Position numbers and translations under genes: made by a program
Shown: positions 48,101-58,078 of the stretch, one piece after another
How positions within the stretch are numbered: the first letter of the stretch is position 1
Layout of the letters: every line of letters begins with the position of its first letter
The notes under the pieces: model-generated
Databases searched by the model: none
Seen by the model: only the letters and a program-made list of their open reading frames with translations
What the model was told of the DNA's origin: nothing
DNA from: a virus
Taxonomy: Duplodnaviria > Caudoviricetes
Virus record (IMG/VR): IMGVR_UViG_3300043812_000026
Length of the DNA: 64,000 nucleotides
Strand: one strand, 5' to 3'

Positions 48101-49654
48101 CGTCTTCAAATTCTTTTGCATTATTCCAAACTTTACGAATATAAGTAACATTCTTATTAGTAAAGTTATCCTTAACATCACTACCTGCACCGCGTGCATG
48201 ATTAATGGTTTCACGTGACGTATAAGTAACCCCAGAAACATTTCTAACTGGTTGGTTAATTAATTGGTAATTTGAGCCATCGCCACGATAGTAGAAACCT
48301 TCGTTAGTTGCAGTACCTAATTGATTAGCAACGTCAAGTTTAAGCGTAGTAGGTTCAGAAGTAGAGATACTATAACCCTGTACATAAGCTTGTCCTGCAT
48401 CAATGTCAAGTAAAATCTTGTTTGCGTCTGTTGGGTCTTGTGCCCCTTTAGACGGATCTGGATTCTTTCTCAAGTGGGCTTCAAAACCATAAGAACGGAA
48501 AGAACCAGATTGGTCATAGGTACGTTTAGCTAAAATTGGTTCTAGGTTAGAGTAATCTGGTTTAATTGCTCTTTGATTAAGAACGTTATCTTGGAATACT
48601 ACAAAAGGTGTAGCACTGGCATCTTGATAGGTAAGAGCAACATTATAATGAAGTCGATCTGCTCCAGCTTCACCCTTAGTTACTGCACCGGGAGTATCAT
48701 CAAGTAAGGATGGGTCATCACTAGCCGTAACAATATTTTCATCTAGTCTTAAACCAATTTCTTCTCGACCAGTTCCCTTAATTGAAAAGTCTTGTTGGTC
48801 AAATTCTCGAACAGCACCGTTTAAGTATACCCGACCAGACCTTACAGTATAGTCCTTAATCCGTTCAGTATCAGAAGCAGTACCAGAGTCTTTAGAATTA
48901 ATCTTCCAATCAGTAGCCTCATTACCATCTTCAATATAAAGCTTATCAATATTAACTTCAGCAGTATTAGAAGGTTGGATCATAACCAGCATTAATTGCA
49001 AGCTTAAAACTAACAGAACCAGAAGCCTTAGTACGATACTTAACAACAAACTTATGTGAGCCATCATTAAGATTAACTTGGTTCCCATTAGTCAAAACTA
49101 AAGCAGAAGCATTAGTTAAATCAGTAATACTAGAGCTAATAGTGTTACCGTCTACAGTCCAGCTAATTAATTCTAGCTTACTGTCGTCACCCTACTAAGT
49201 TAATCTTATTTAAATTACCAGAGTTCTTACTAATAGTAAAGCTTACTACTACGCCTAACCCCTGAGTAACGTTACCAGTAAAGTCAATAGAAGGAACATC
49301 AGTAGGTAAGTTACCCTCTGTTGTTACCGTAATTCTACCGTCTCGAACGTAGCCACCCGTTGAATACTTAGAATTATTGGCAAACAAACTAGCTACTGAG
49401 AATGAGTTTGGCATTTTAGTATCTGCTGTTGTCCGATCTGGTTTTGGAATAATTTCCATCCCAGAAATAATAGCCCCTTCTTGAAAAAGGGAATCACCTA
49501 GCATTTCTAGTTGATTGTTTTGAATACTTTGCAATTCAAGCAACTCTGAACTTAGTGCAGGTCTTCCGGGGCGGAATAAAACCTTAGAAAATCTCTTAGA
49601 GAGGTTAAAGTGGTTTCCATAAGGTTGTTGGCTATCATCAATTGTTCCTGCCAT
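45141..49654 (-). CDS. Large baseplate/adsorption-associated tail protein (DUF4815-like, ~1503 aa), broken by extra bases at ~49191 and ~48973
   Basis: PYGNHF...KVLFRPGRPALSSELLELQSI N-term; GADRL, LAKRTYDQSGSF, WDPLAQSF motifs; removing two bases gives one frame. Confidence 0.85.
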
Positions 49655-49689
49655 ATACTTTTATCATTCCTTTCTACTTAGGTTTTAAT

Positions 49690-50238
49690 CTAAAACTGAA
49701 TCATGTATTTCATAATCTTACGTTGTGTATTACCATATGTTTCCATTGGTCTATTTTCATAGAAATACATATTACCCCAATTAGTAACATTTTGCTTTTG
49801 TGCTTCATGTTTTGACGGAGCATTATCTGCAATTGCTACATCTTCTGCTACACCGATTTGAGTAAAGCTAAACATTGGTAACTTAGCTACGTCTAAAGTA
49901 CCAATTAAACAAACATAGTTAGCAGGTTGGAGTAATTGGTTATTACTTAATACTTGGTCTGATCTAATAGTCTTCCACTTGCTACCCTTATAGATAACAA
50001 AATCGTCACCATCCGAAGCACTGTCTGGAACGTGTTCATCTGTCTTATAGCATAACACTAACCGATCAACCTTAACTACGGCTAATGGATTCTCAATCAT
50101 AGTAGTAGTTACACTCTCAGGGCTAGGACTAGACGGGTCCGGCCAGTCTTTATCCCGACCTAATACAAAGTAAAGATCACGTTTTTGGCTAAAATCAATA
50201 GCTTGGAGAACGTGTCCCATGTTAGTTTCAATTGCCAA
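49690..50238 (-). CDS. Baseplate protein
   Basis: LYFVLGRDKDWPDPSSP; syntenic with the ~173-aa phage-K baseplate gene. Confidence 0.7.
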   Translation of the reverse strand: MAIETNMGHVLQAIDFSQKRDLYFVLGRDKDWPDPSSPSPESVTTTMIENPLAVVKVDRLVLCYKTDEHVPDSASDGDDFVIYKGSKWKTIRSDQVLSNNQLLQPANYVCLIGTLDVAKLPMFSFTQIGVAEDVAIADNAPSKHEAQKQNVTNWGNMYFYENRPMETYGNTQRKIMKYMIQF

Positions 50239-50240
50239 TT

Positions 50241-50483
50241 CTATTCACCCCTTACTTCTACACTCGTAGTAGATACGTAGAGCTGAATAGAAGCAGGAGG
50301 ATTAGGAATGATAATATCGTCTGGTTTTGTAAAGTATTTCTTATGTAAGACTTGTGCCTCTTTTTCATCAATCCAGCCGAAATCTACAGCCTTATCGATG
50401 TACCATTCTTCCTTAAATACTCCTTTTTCATAACCCGCACACATCTGGTTATACCAATAATTGTCGTAAAATTCAGCTCTCAT
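50241..50483 (-). CDS. XkdX-like small tail protein
   Basis: YEKG...AVDFGWIDEKEA. Confidence 0.5.
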   Translation of the reverse strand: MRAEFYDNYWYNQMCAGYEKGVFKEEWYIDKAVDFGWIDEKEAQVLHKKYFTKPDDIIIPNPPASIQLYVSTTSVEVRGE

Positions 50484-51001
50484 TACTTATCACTGTCCTT
50501 TGTTGGGTCTGGAGTGTCTGGGTTTGCTGAATTAACGTCTGCTGAGCTAGAGTCAGAACTAGCTGGTTGAGCTTGACTAGTTGCGTTAGCTGGACCCGGG
50601 TTCGTCCCATTAAACATATTCATCATATTAGATAATGTACCACCATCAGGACTTGCAGGTGTAGTAGACGAGCTATCAGCAGAACTAGCTGGGGTAGTTG
50701 GTTGAATTGAACTAGAATCTCCTGAAATACTGTTATCGCCTTTAGAAGCTGAAACTAAACCATTCAATTGTGCTTCAAGAGTATTAATCTTTTTAATTAG
50801 TGGGTCATCACTTGATACAGTCCAGCTATTAGTGTTCCAATCATAACGAATACCACGATTTCCTAAACTAGCGTCTGGCATCGAAGTAACGATTGGTAAC
50901 TGTACATGAGCATTTTCTGGTACAAATACAGGATAGTAGTAGTTACCATTTTCATCTGGATAATCTGTTGTCATATATGCTTGCGTAAACTTAACAACCA
51001 T
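50483..51001 (-). CDS. Tail-fibre-assembly-like protein with S/T/P-rich tail
   Basis: P...RYDWNTNSW motif; lies before the XkdX-like gene. Confidence 0.45.
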   Translation of the reverse strand: MVVKFTQAYMTTDYPDENGNYYYPVFVPENAHVQLPIVTSMPDASLGNRGIRYDWNTNSWTVSSDDPLIKKINTLEAQLNGLVSASKGDNSISGDSSSIQPTTPASSADSSSTTPASPDGGTLSNMMNMFNGTNPGPANATSQAQPASSDSSSADVNSANPDTPDPTKDSDK

Positions 51002-51115
51002 TTTAATTGCTCCTTTAATTTATTCTTTCTTAGTATACTAGAAAGTCTCTTTTGTCTTGCTTTAATATAGTTGAATCTAAAAAGACAGGGATTAACCTGC
51101 CTCTTAATTATCATA

Positions 51116-52457
51116 TTAATCTTGTGTATACGCACCCATCTTAAATTGACCATCAGTCGATCCCATTCGCATGACACCGACACTATCGTCTTCATAATCA
51201 AAACCAAAGTAATCAACTGAAATAGATGACTGAGTATCAAACATAAACTTAACATACATAATTCCATTATTATTAAGGTAAGGTTTCAAGGTATTAAAAC
51301 TAATCCGGTATAGCTTATATTTTGAACTTAATTCATAATCAGAAAACTTTACCCACATATTATTAATAAAATCATATACATAAGGATGAATTGTTTGCTT
51401 ATTACCCAAGCCCTTAACTTTCATATAAGTAGCAAGCGTCTTGATTGGGAAGCTATCTAATTTATTAAGCACTGCTTGTTTAGGAGTACTACCAGTTAAA
51501 TTACCCCCTAAGAAAGTATAGAAGTCAATCCCCCCACCAATACCTAAAGAGTTATAATCAAAGTCTTTTGATAAGTTATCTATTCTTGACATTGCATTAT
51601 AATCTTGTAATGGTAGCATTTCTACAAATGATTTTGATTGTCCTGTATCTAAGGTTTGAGCTGGTTGGTAATCCTTTAAAACCTTACCAAGCCAAACCAT
51701 ATTATGAAAACCGCCGGGAGTGTAGTATTTCTTTCCTCCATTTAACAAGCTATCGTTATAAATAAACGGATCAGTTACATGGATAGTTCGATCAAAATTA
51801 GGAAGAATATAATTAGCGTCTCTTTCAGTAAACCCAATATAATCAACATCTTCGGTTACAAAGTTATATTTATCATAAGCAGTAAAGTCAATAATTGGTG
51901 CTTTAGTACTTAATACATTAACTAGGGAAGTAATAACCCAGATAACCCCAGCAGGTCTAAATAGATTAATAATTTCACCAGCAATTGTATTAATTGGAGA
52001 ATCAATCTGAACGTCAATTACTGCATAGCGGTAGTAAGTAGAAGGGATAAAATTTGTAAGTATTCCACTTGCTAGAATTCCAGATAAACATATCACGATA
52101 AGGCTCATAAATATAAATATTACCTACGTTAGTATGCAAGTAATCAGCAAGTGCTTGTCTAATACTGTTATTCGTACTTCGACTATGCAAAACATGGTGT
52201 TTTAACTTTTCACGATAAGTATAATCATTTTCACCACTTAGACGTTGCAACCCCAACCAGCTACCCCAATAGTCAAGCCAAACACCCCTAGCAGTATCTA
52301 AGTAAGAGTCAATCTTAGTCGAATACATACTAGCTTCTGCCCGATCTACTTCATACTGGAGCGCATTAATCAGAGCATCATTAACTTCCCCTGTAGGCTT
52401 ATTATAACCCCTTAAAGCACCTTTCCATAATGGATGTAAGTTATTAGCAATACTCAT
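51116..52457 (-). CDS. Baseplate wedge protein (~446 aa), broken by an extra C at ~52045
   Basis: YLDTARGVWLDYWG...GENDYTYR; TAT CCC TTC to TAT CCT TCT restores YPSTYYRYAVIDV...FRPAGV. Confidence 0.8.
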
Positions 52458-52469
52458 AACCTACACCCC

Positions 52470-53904
52470 CTATTTACCAATTCCATTAGCTAATACACTT
52501 GGCAAGGAATCATCTTGTGGTGCTTTATCATTGATTAAAACTGTTGGGTCTGCTTCATTAGCCTCTTGTTTGAACTTAATATTACAGATAGCTAGACGTA
52601 AGATTTCATTTGAATTAGGTTCTATAGACATCATCTATATCTAAGCCCTCTGTAATCTCATCTTGCTCTGGTTGTTTATCCTTTACAATAGAATCTTTCC
52701 AGCTCACCCCGTCTTGTTCAGTAAGCTTATTAGACTTACGACCTAAAATACCATAAGTCCCATCTTGGGTAATATCAGTAGGTCTAAGGTAGGGTTGTTT
52801 TACTTCTGCACCCTTGATATTAATAATTGTATCATCACTAATTCCGGGATTATTTAGCATCTTTCTATCTGGATAGACTTTAACGTCCACTGTCGTATCA
52901 AGTAAACCTAAATCGTCAGTATCCATTATCTTTTGAATAATGTTTGCTTTGTAAAGAGGTTCACCTACAGTAAGCGAGTTAATGTAATTAGCAAGATTTT
53001 GTTTAATTAAAGCCAGAAAGTCATTAGTTAACAAATCTGTATTATCTACTCTTACTGTAACGTCAAGAGCAACTACTGATTTATGAGTTGGATAAACCAT
53101 GACCTTAATTCCGGCTGGTTTATAATCAACTAACCGATCAGCAATCTGCTGTTTAAGATCATCACCCAAGTTACCATTAGCGTCATGTGCATAAACAACT
53201 ACTGCTCCATAGGTAGATTCATAGACATTAGCACCAGCGACTCCCGGAACACTTTCTGCAATATACTTTAAGGATTGACTAGTACCACGAGCTAAGGACT
53301 GGATCATCTGTCTAAATCGAACTTTAGCCTGTTGTGGATTCTCCTCGTCTTCACCTGTATTAAAAGCCTCGGGATTATAGACTTCTGCAATTCCACCAAT
53401 ATCAGTTGTACGATCAATTATCCGATCTGGAATGTTACCATAAGAACCAATTACAGTACAATAAACTGGAATAGTAAATGACTTAGCCCCTTTAGGAACA
53501 CGATAAGGAACCATTGTCCTATATACCTGTTCATAATTAGGGTTAGTGGAATAAAAACGAGTACCTCGGTCTACTACTAAATCCTGTTGTAAAGTTCCAT
53601 TAAGTCGAACAAAAACGTCACCAAAAGCATAGGTAGCACTCTTATGTGTAAAGCCAAAAGCCGAAGTTACTGCATCATCAATCGACTTCTGTAGGTTTTC
53701 TAATGTGTAATAATAAAGTTTTTCAATTTCAATTGCTTCGGCTTCGATTAAAGTACGAGTAATCGAACCAGTGCTAAAGTCATTAATTAAATCAGTATGA
53801 GTTCTAACTTGATCAATTTCTGATTGAATAATTTGACTAGCTTTCCGAAAAGCAAAACCATTTTTATCTATTTGTGTAGTATCTGCTGAAGTATCAATTG
53901 CCAA
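52470..53904 (-). CDS. Baseplate J-like protein (~477 aa), broken by an extra C at ~52618
   Basis: DFSTGSITRTLIEA, GEDEE, LARGT, YKPAGI; removing one C restores YRTNSNEILR...GK*. Confidence 0.85.
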
Positions 53905-53917
53905 ACCTATTCACTTC

Positions 53918-54625
53918 CTATCTAATTGAAATTTCTCCATTTTCGGATTGGTAAAGGTAAAGATTAAAAATCTTGTCTGAACCAATTGGTGTAATATCTG
54001 CTGTTAAAAACATCGAAGTATAAGACATCTTAGCAGACGTTACTGTTGCATTCTTTACTCGTGGATCGGACGTGAGCGTACGTCTAAGCTCATTTTTAGC
54101 ATCCATGAGCAACTGCCTATTCATTTGCTTACCGAGCATATCAGGCAAGAGAGACCCATATTCGGGGTGAAATAAAAGTGTTCCCTTACGTGTTAAAATC
54201 CGTAAGATTAAACTCTGTTTTAAGTTCTGTATTCCTACCACAGTATTAGGTTGGTGTCCGTCTGAGTCTAAAATACCAAAAGCTTCGTCCATATGACCAT
54301 CAGTATTAACATTTAAAGCAAGATCCATACCTAAAACAGTATCATAATAAGCTGGCTGGTAGTGAGCGGTATTAGACTCAATAATCTTATTTTCGCTTGC
54401 TCTTTGCCAAGTATCTTGATCATTAGGTAATAGCATTCGATCTCCACGAGTTAAAAGATGTTCTGGATTTCCCATCTTTTCTTGTGGAGTGTCAACAATG
54501 TATGGATATTCTAAATGATTAAGATTAACTAGCGTGTGCCATTGCTCCATATCTTGATAAAGCTTAAAGGCAATTGTCTGAATTGTGTCTCCCTCTTGAA
54601 TTACGTAATGTTTATAAGCACTCAA
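53918..54625 (-). CDS. Baseplate wedge protein (LysM-like plus gp25-like)
   Basis: HYVIQEGDTIQTIA; GIQNLKQSL...HPEYGS...DPRV. Confidence 0.85.
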   Translation of the reverse strand: MSAYKHYVIQEGDTIQTIAFKLYQDMEQWHTLVNLNHLEYPYIVDTPQEKMGNPEHLLTRGDRMLLPNDQDTWQRASENKIIESNTAHYQPAYYDTVLGMDLALNVNTDGHMDEAFGILDSDGHQPNTVVGIQNLKQSLILRILTRKGTLLFHPEYGSLLPDMLGKQMNRQLLMDAKNELRRTLTSDPRVKNATVTSAKMSYTSMFLTADITPIGSDKIFNLYLYQSENGEISIR

Positions 54626-54637
54626 AATCCCACCACC

Positions 54638-55180
54638 TTACTTAGTGTAACCATAATGATTAACAATATAATTAAGCTTATTTTCAATAAAACCTAAGTC
54701 AACCTCCAACTGTCTTAGCTTTGGAATAAAATCCAAGTACTCTGTATAGTCTCCACACCAGTCAGCCATTACTCTTAAGTTATAACGAATACGAACAATA
54801 TCCTTTTTACTAATGTACTGAATTAAATCTGGTGCATTATCTAAGTGCCAAGTTAATGACCTAATTTCAAGATAAACTGCATTTAATAACTTATAGGCTC
54901 CCGGTTTATAAGAAAACATCTTAGTATGAGCTAACTTATTAGTAAAAGATCTATCTGCTGGTGTCTTACCAAAGAAGATTGGTAAATAAGATAAGGTATA
55001 ATACTGGAACATCTTAGTTAATTCAGATACCTGTAGATGTGGTTGATTAGCTAATCCATTAAATGTTTTTAATTGTAATTCGGGAATGATTAAACGGTTA
55101 TCAGACGTAATATCAGGTAGGGAATACAAAAAATACTCATCTAATGTAATTGGGTCAAAATAATTATTCTTATCTGCCAC
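54638..55180 (-). CDS. Baseplate-region structural protein
   Basis: Synteny with the Twort-like baseplate cluster. Confidence 0.65.
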   Translation of the reverse strand: MADKNNYFDPITLDEYFLYSLPDITSDNRLIIPELQLKTFNGLANQPHLQVSELTKMFQYYTLSYLPIFFGKTPADRSFTNKLAHTKMFSYKPGAYKLLNAVYLEIRSLTWHLDNAPDLIQYISKKDIVRIRYNLRVMADWCGDYTEYLDFIPKLRQLEVDLGFIENKLNYIVNHYGYTK

Positions 55181-55764
55181 TATCTTATATCCCTCCTTAA
55201 ACTAGCAATTGCGGAACTAGTAGCATTACTCATGTTACCATCTGTCATTCCACCCTCACCGGGTCTACCAATTAATGTATTAGTACGATCACTAGCAGAC
55301 GCTTGGTCTGTGTTACCAATTACAATCATATTAATTGTGTACTTAACAAGAATTGCTTGCGATACATCTTGACTAAATTGATAACCAGAGGGTGAAATTG
55401 CTACTTTATAAGAATAGTTATCAGTATAATTGTCAAAAACTAAAACAGGGTGATTATCCTCTGTTCCAGTTGGGTAATTATTTAAATATGTATCTAAAAA
55501 AGATTTTAATTGCCATGCTTGATCTATACCTAAACCATGTTGCCAACCAGTAGTACCAGAAATAGTAATTGACTTTTGACCCATACCGAAATTCTGAACT
55601 GTTCCCCAGTCTTTAGTATTCATATAAGCAGTACGGGCTTGAGTCTGCTCTTGAATTGATTGTGGGTTAATTGAAAAATCAAAACGATTTTGTTGTGAAC
55701 CGTCACTATTTAATACTCTAAAAGCACACCGATCTAGGTAATAACGACCATCAGCCATTGCCAT
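55180..55764 (-). CDS. Baseplate hub / tube-initiator-like protein
   Basis: FSINPQS...ITISGTTG...Y.INMIVIG. Confidence 0.7.
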   Translation of the reverse strand: MAMADGRYYLDRCAFRVLNSDGSQQNRFDFSINPQSIQEQTQARTAYMNTKDWGTVQNFGMGQKSITISGTTGWQHGLGIDQAWQLKSFLDTYLNNYPTGTEDNHPVLVFDNYTDNYSYKVAISPSGYQFSQDVSQAILVKYTINMIVIGNTDQASASDRTNTLIGRPGEGGMTDGNMSNATSSAIASLRRDIR

Positions 55765-55777
55765 TATATCACCTACT

Positions 55778-55940
55778 TAATATTTACTGCTTTTAATTTG
55801 AACTTCCCCCACTTAGCTAACCCTTTGGTTTAACACTTGAAGTGGGGGATTCTGGGAACACTTAGTAGTATTTAGGATCTTACAAGTGTATTCACTAAAC
55901 CTAACTTACAGAACTAAGCTCTTTTACCATGGCTAGTCCC
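55778..55940 (-). ncRNA. Putative omega/reRNA of TnpB #2 with flanking guide AUUAAAAGCAGUAAAUAUUA
   Basis: Structured non-coding region between the tnpB stop and the TTCAA end. Confidence 0.6.
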
Positions 55941-57243
55941 TAGCCTTAATTTTCTTTAATTCTTTTAATCCTCTATTTAGAATATTAATTGAAGCATTAA
56001 TATCTCTGTCATGGTGAGTATTACATTTAGGGCAAGTCCATTCTCTAATTTCTAGTGGTTTCTTGCCAGAGTGGTAACCACAATTAGAACATATTTGTGA
56101 AGTATAGTTTGGTGAAACAACTACTAATTGTTTACCATACCATTTACATTTATACTCCAACATTTCTCTAAATAAATACCAACTGTTATTAGTAATACTC
56201 TTAGCTAAATGATGATTTTTAAGAAGGTTCTTGGTTTTCAAATCCTCTATTACAATCACATCATAATCCTTAACTAATTCAGTAGTAACTTTTTGTAAGT
56301 AATCCTTCCGCTGATTAGCTATCTTAGCTTGGTATCTAGCTTTCTGCTGTCTAGCTCTCTGCCAATTAGAATAATCATCTAACTCCATTTTTGTGTCTTT
56401 ATGATTATGATTCCATTGCCTTACTCTAACCAAAGCTCTGTGTCTACGTTTACTAAATTTAGATTGAGCTTTATTAGCTTGTTGTTCATACCAACCAGCT
56501 TCAAACTTAGAGTATTTATAACCATCACTAGTAATAGCTAAATCAGCTACTCCCATATCTATCCCAACAATAGCACCAGTCTTTTCCAAAGATTGAATAT
56601 TAGGGTCATCAACAATTAAAGATAAATAATATCTACCTGTAGGTTCTAAAGAAACAGTATATCTTTTAATCTTTAGTCCTTCTAATCTAGTAGTTTTGCT
56701 AGTTTTAATATAACCAAGCTTAGGTAGCTTCATTCTTCTCTTAGCAATTACTTTACAAGTAGATTTTCCCGTATAAGACTGTTTAGTAGCTTTACGAGAT
56801 TTAAATCTAGGATAACCACCTTGATGTTTAAATAACATTTTAAAAGATTGGTCTAAATAATGGTTTGATACCTGTAAGCTTGATGAGTCACTTTCTTTTA
56901 AAAACGGATATTCTACTTTTAGTTGCTTTACTAAGTAATTCATACCATATTCATTTACAAACTTAGAACTAGGATTATTCTTATATCTAGCTTTAGCCAT
57001 GTCTAGCATAGTGTTCCAGATAAAACGATTATTACCAAACATTTGCCATAGCTGATCCCGTTGTTTAACATTAGGATACAAGCGTAATTTAATTCCTTTT
57101 AGCATTTATTTCACCTCTTTTCTTTAATTTATGTCTTTATTCTAACTTCAATAATTTTAGAGGGCAAGGCAAAATTTTAATTTAAACAAAGACGATTCAT
57201 CACCCATTTATCGAAGTGGGAGTATTCTCGCCAATTATAGCTA
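55798..57243 (-). mobile_element. IS200/IS605-family TnpB-only element #2
   Basis: LE after TTTAT with GAGAATACTCCCACTT...ATGGGTGATGAAT; RE hairpin CCCCCACTT...AAGTGGGGG ending GAAGTTCAA; LE boundary may be off by 1-2 nt. Confidence 0.8.
55933..57105 (-). CDS. tnpB: TnpB RNA-guided endonuclease
   Basis: KLRLYPN...FGNNRFIWN; GYPRFKS; RuvC GIDMG, VIEDL, HDRDINAS; Zn finger CSNC...CPKC. Confidence 0.95.
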   Translation of the reverse strand: MLKGIKLRLYPNVKQRDQLWQMFGNNRFIWNTMLDMAKARYKNNPSSKFVNEYGMNYLVKQLKVEYPFLKESDSSSLQVSNHYLDQSFKMLFKHQGGYPRFKSRKATKQSYTGKSTCKVIAKRRMKLPKLGYIKTSKTTRLEGLKIKRYTVSLEPTGRYYLSLIVDDPNIQSLEKTGAIVGIDMGVADLAITSDGYKYSKFEAGWYEQQANKAQSKFSKRRHRALVRVRQWNHNHKDTKMELDDYSNWQRARQQKARYQAKIANQRKDYLQKVTTELVKDYDVIVIEDLKTKNLLKNHHLAKSITNNSWYLFREMLEYKCKWYGKQLVVVSPNYTSQICSNCGYHSGKKPLEIREWTCPKCNTHHDRDINASINILNRGLKELKKIKARD

Positions 57244-57272
57244 ATAAAAAGGACAGGTGTTTAACCTGCCCT
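57244..57272 (-). terminator. Rho-independent terminator whose T-run supplies the IS target motif
   Basis: GGGCAGGT-TAAAC-ACCTGTCC-TTTTTAT. Confidence 0.8.
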
Positions 57273-57277
57273 TAATA

Positions 57278-57466
57278 TTATAAGTTCTTAATTCGTTCCG
57301 TTAAGGCTTCTAAGTAAGTTTTCATTCCCGAAAGTTGCTTATGCAATAACTGAATTTGTTTGAACTTAAGATCTTTTAGCTTATCTTTATTAGTTAGGAA
57401 CGCTTCAAGTTTCTTAACCTTAGCGTCTAACTGTTCTTGTTCAGCCTCTAATTTATCTTTTAACAT
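57278..57466 (-). CDS. Small coiled-coil protein (crAss001_48-like)
   Basis: E.EQLDAKVKKLEAFL...LLHKQLSGMKTYLEALTERI. Confidence 0.6.
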   Translation of the reverse strand: MLKDKLEAEQEQLDAKVKKLEAFLTNKDKLKDLKFKQIQLLHKQLSGMKTYLEALTERIKNL

Positions 57467-57693
57467 TATTTTTTACCCTTACTAGACTTTTCATCTTTTC
57501 CAGATAAAGTATTAATTTGCTCTTGTAAAGACTTAATCTGTTCCCGCAAACGTTGATTTTCTTTTTGATAGTTTTTAATTTGAATATCTTTAATCTTAAC
57601 GTTTAAATCAAGTTCTCCCACTTGTTTCTTATAATCGTCTAAAAGTGCATTAGCATCTACATTCATTGGATTGCTTTCTTCTTGATTACTCAT
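57466..57693 (-). CDS. Small coiled-coil protein
   Basis: 75 aa; GGAG RBS. Confidence 0.7.
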   Translation of the reverse strand: MSNQEESNPMNVDANALLDDYKKQVGELDLNVKIKDIQIKNYQKENQRLREQIKSLQEQINTLSGKDEKSSKGKK

Positions 57694-57794
57694 AAACTAT
57701 TTATCTCCCTCTAAATATTTAATTTTACTATAAGTTTATCAGCTTTTCAACATAGAGTTAAAAAACCATAGTCAAATAAGCAAGCTGGACCACA

Positions 57795-58031
57795 TTATTC
57801 CGTAGTTGGTTTAGTGAAGTTGTAAAGCTTCGTCCGAGCGATTGCAACTAGATCTTTTGGTGAGAGACTATCAAATGTCTTGCCTTCGCCAAGATCGTCC
57901 TTAGTCAACTTGATGTTGGCATAGATATACTGTGATTCTTTATCCATGCCAGACGAGAAGCCGATTAGGGCATCAACCGGATTACCGTCATCATCATAAT
58001 TGTAAGTAAGCTTATTCATGTAAATATCCAT
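57795..58031 (-). CDS. Small protein downstream of the tail fibre (prophage-like)
   Basis: GGAGG RBS; locally higher GC. Confidence 0.7.
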   Translation of the reverse strand: MDIYMNKLTYNYDDDGNPVDALIGFSSGMDKESQYIYANIKLTKDDLGEGKTFDSLSPKDLVAIARTKLYNFTKPTTE

Positions 58032-58078
58032 AGTTAATCCTCCGTTTCTGCTTGAAATAATTAGTAAAGCTAATGGTA

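Noticed and set aside
45141-49088. Apparent signal peptide MGTKLILMMAHISLLLSIV... on the 1315-aa tail protein
   Set aside because: Out-of-frame artefact of the extra base at ~48973; the true N-terminus starts at 49654
45141-53904. Stop-codon reassignment or read-through explaining the split baseplate genes
   Set aside because: Downstream parts are in a different frame; TAA, TAG and TGA all act as normal stops elsewhere
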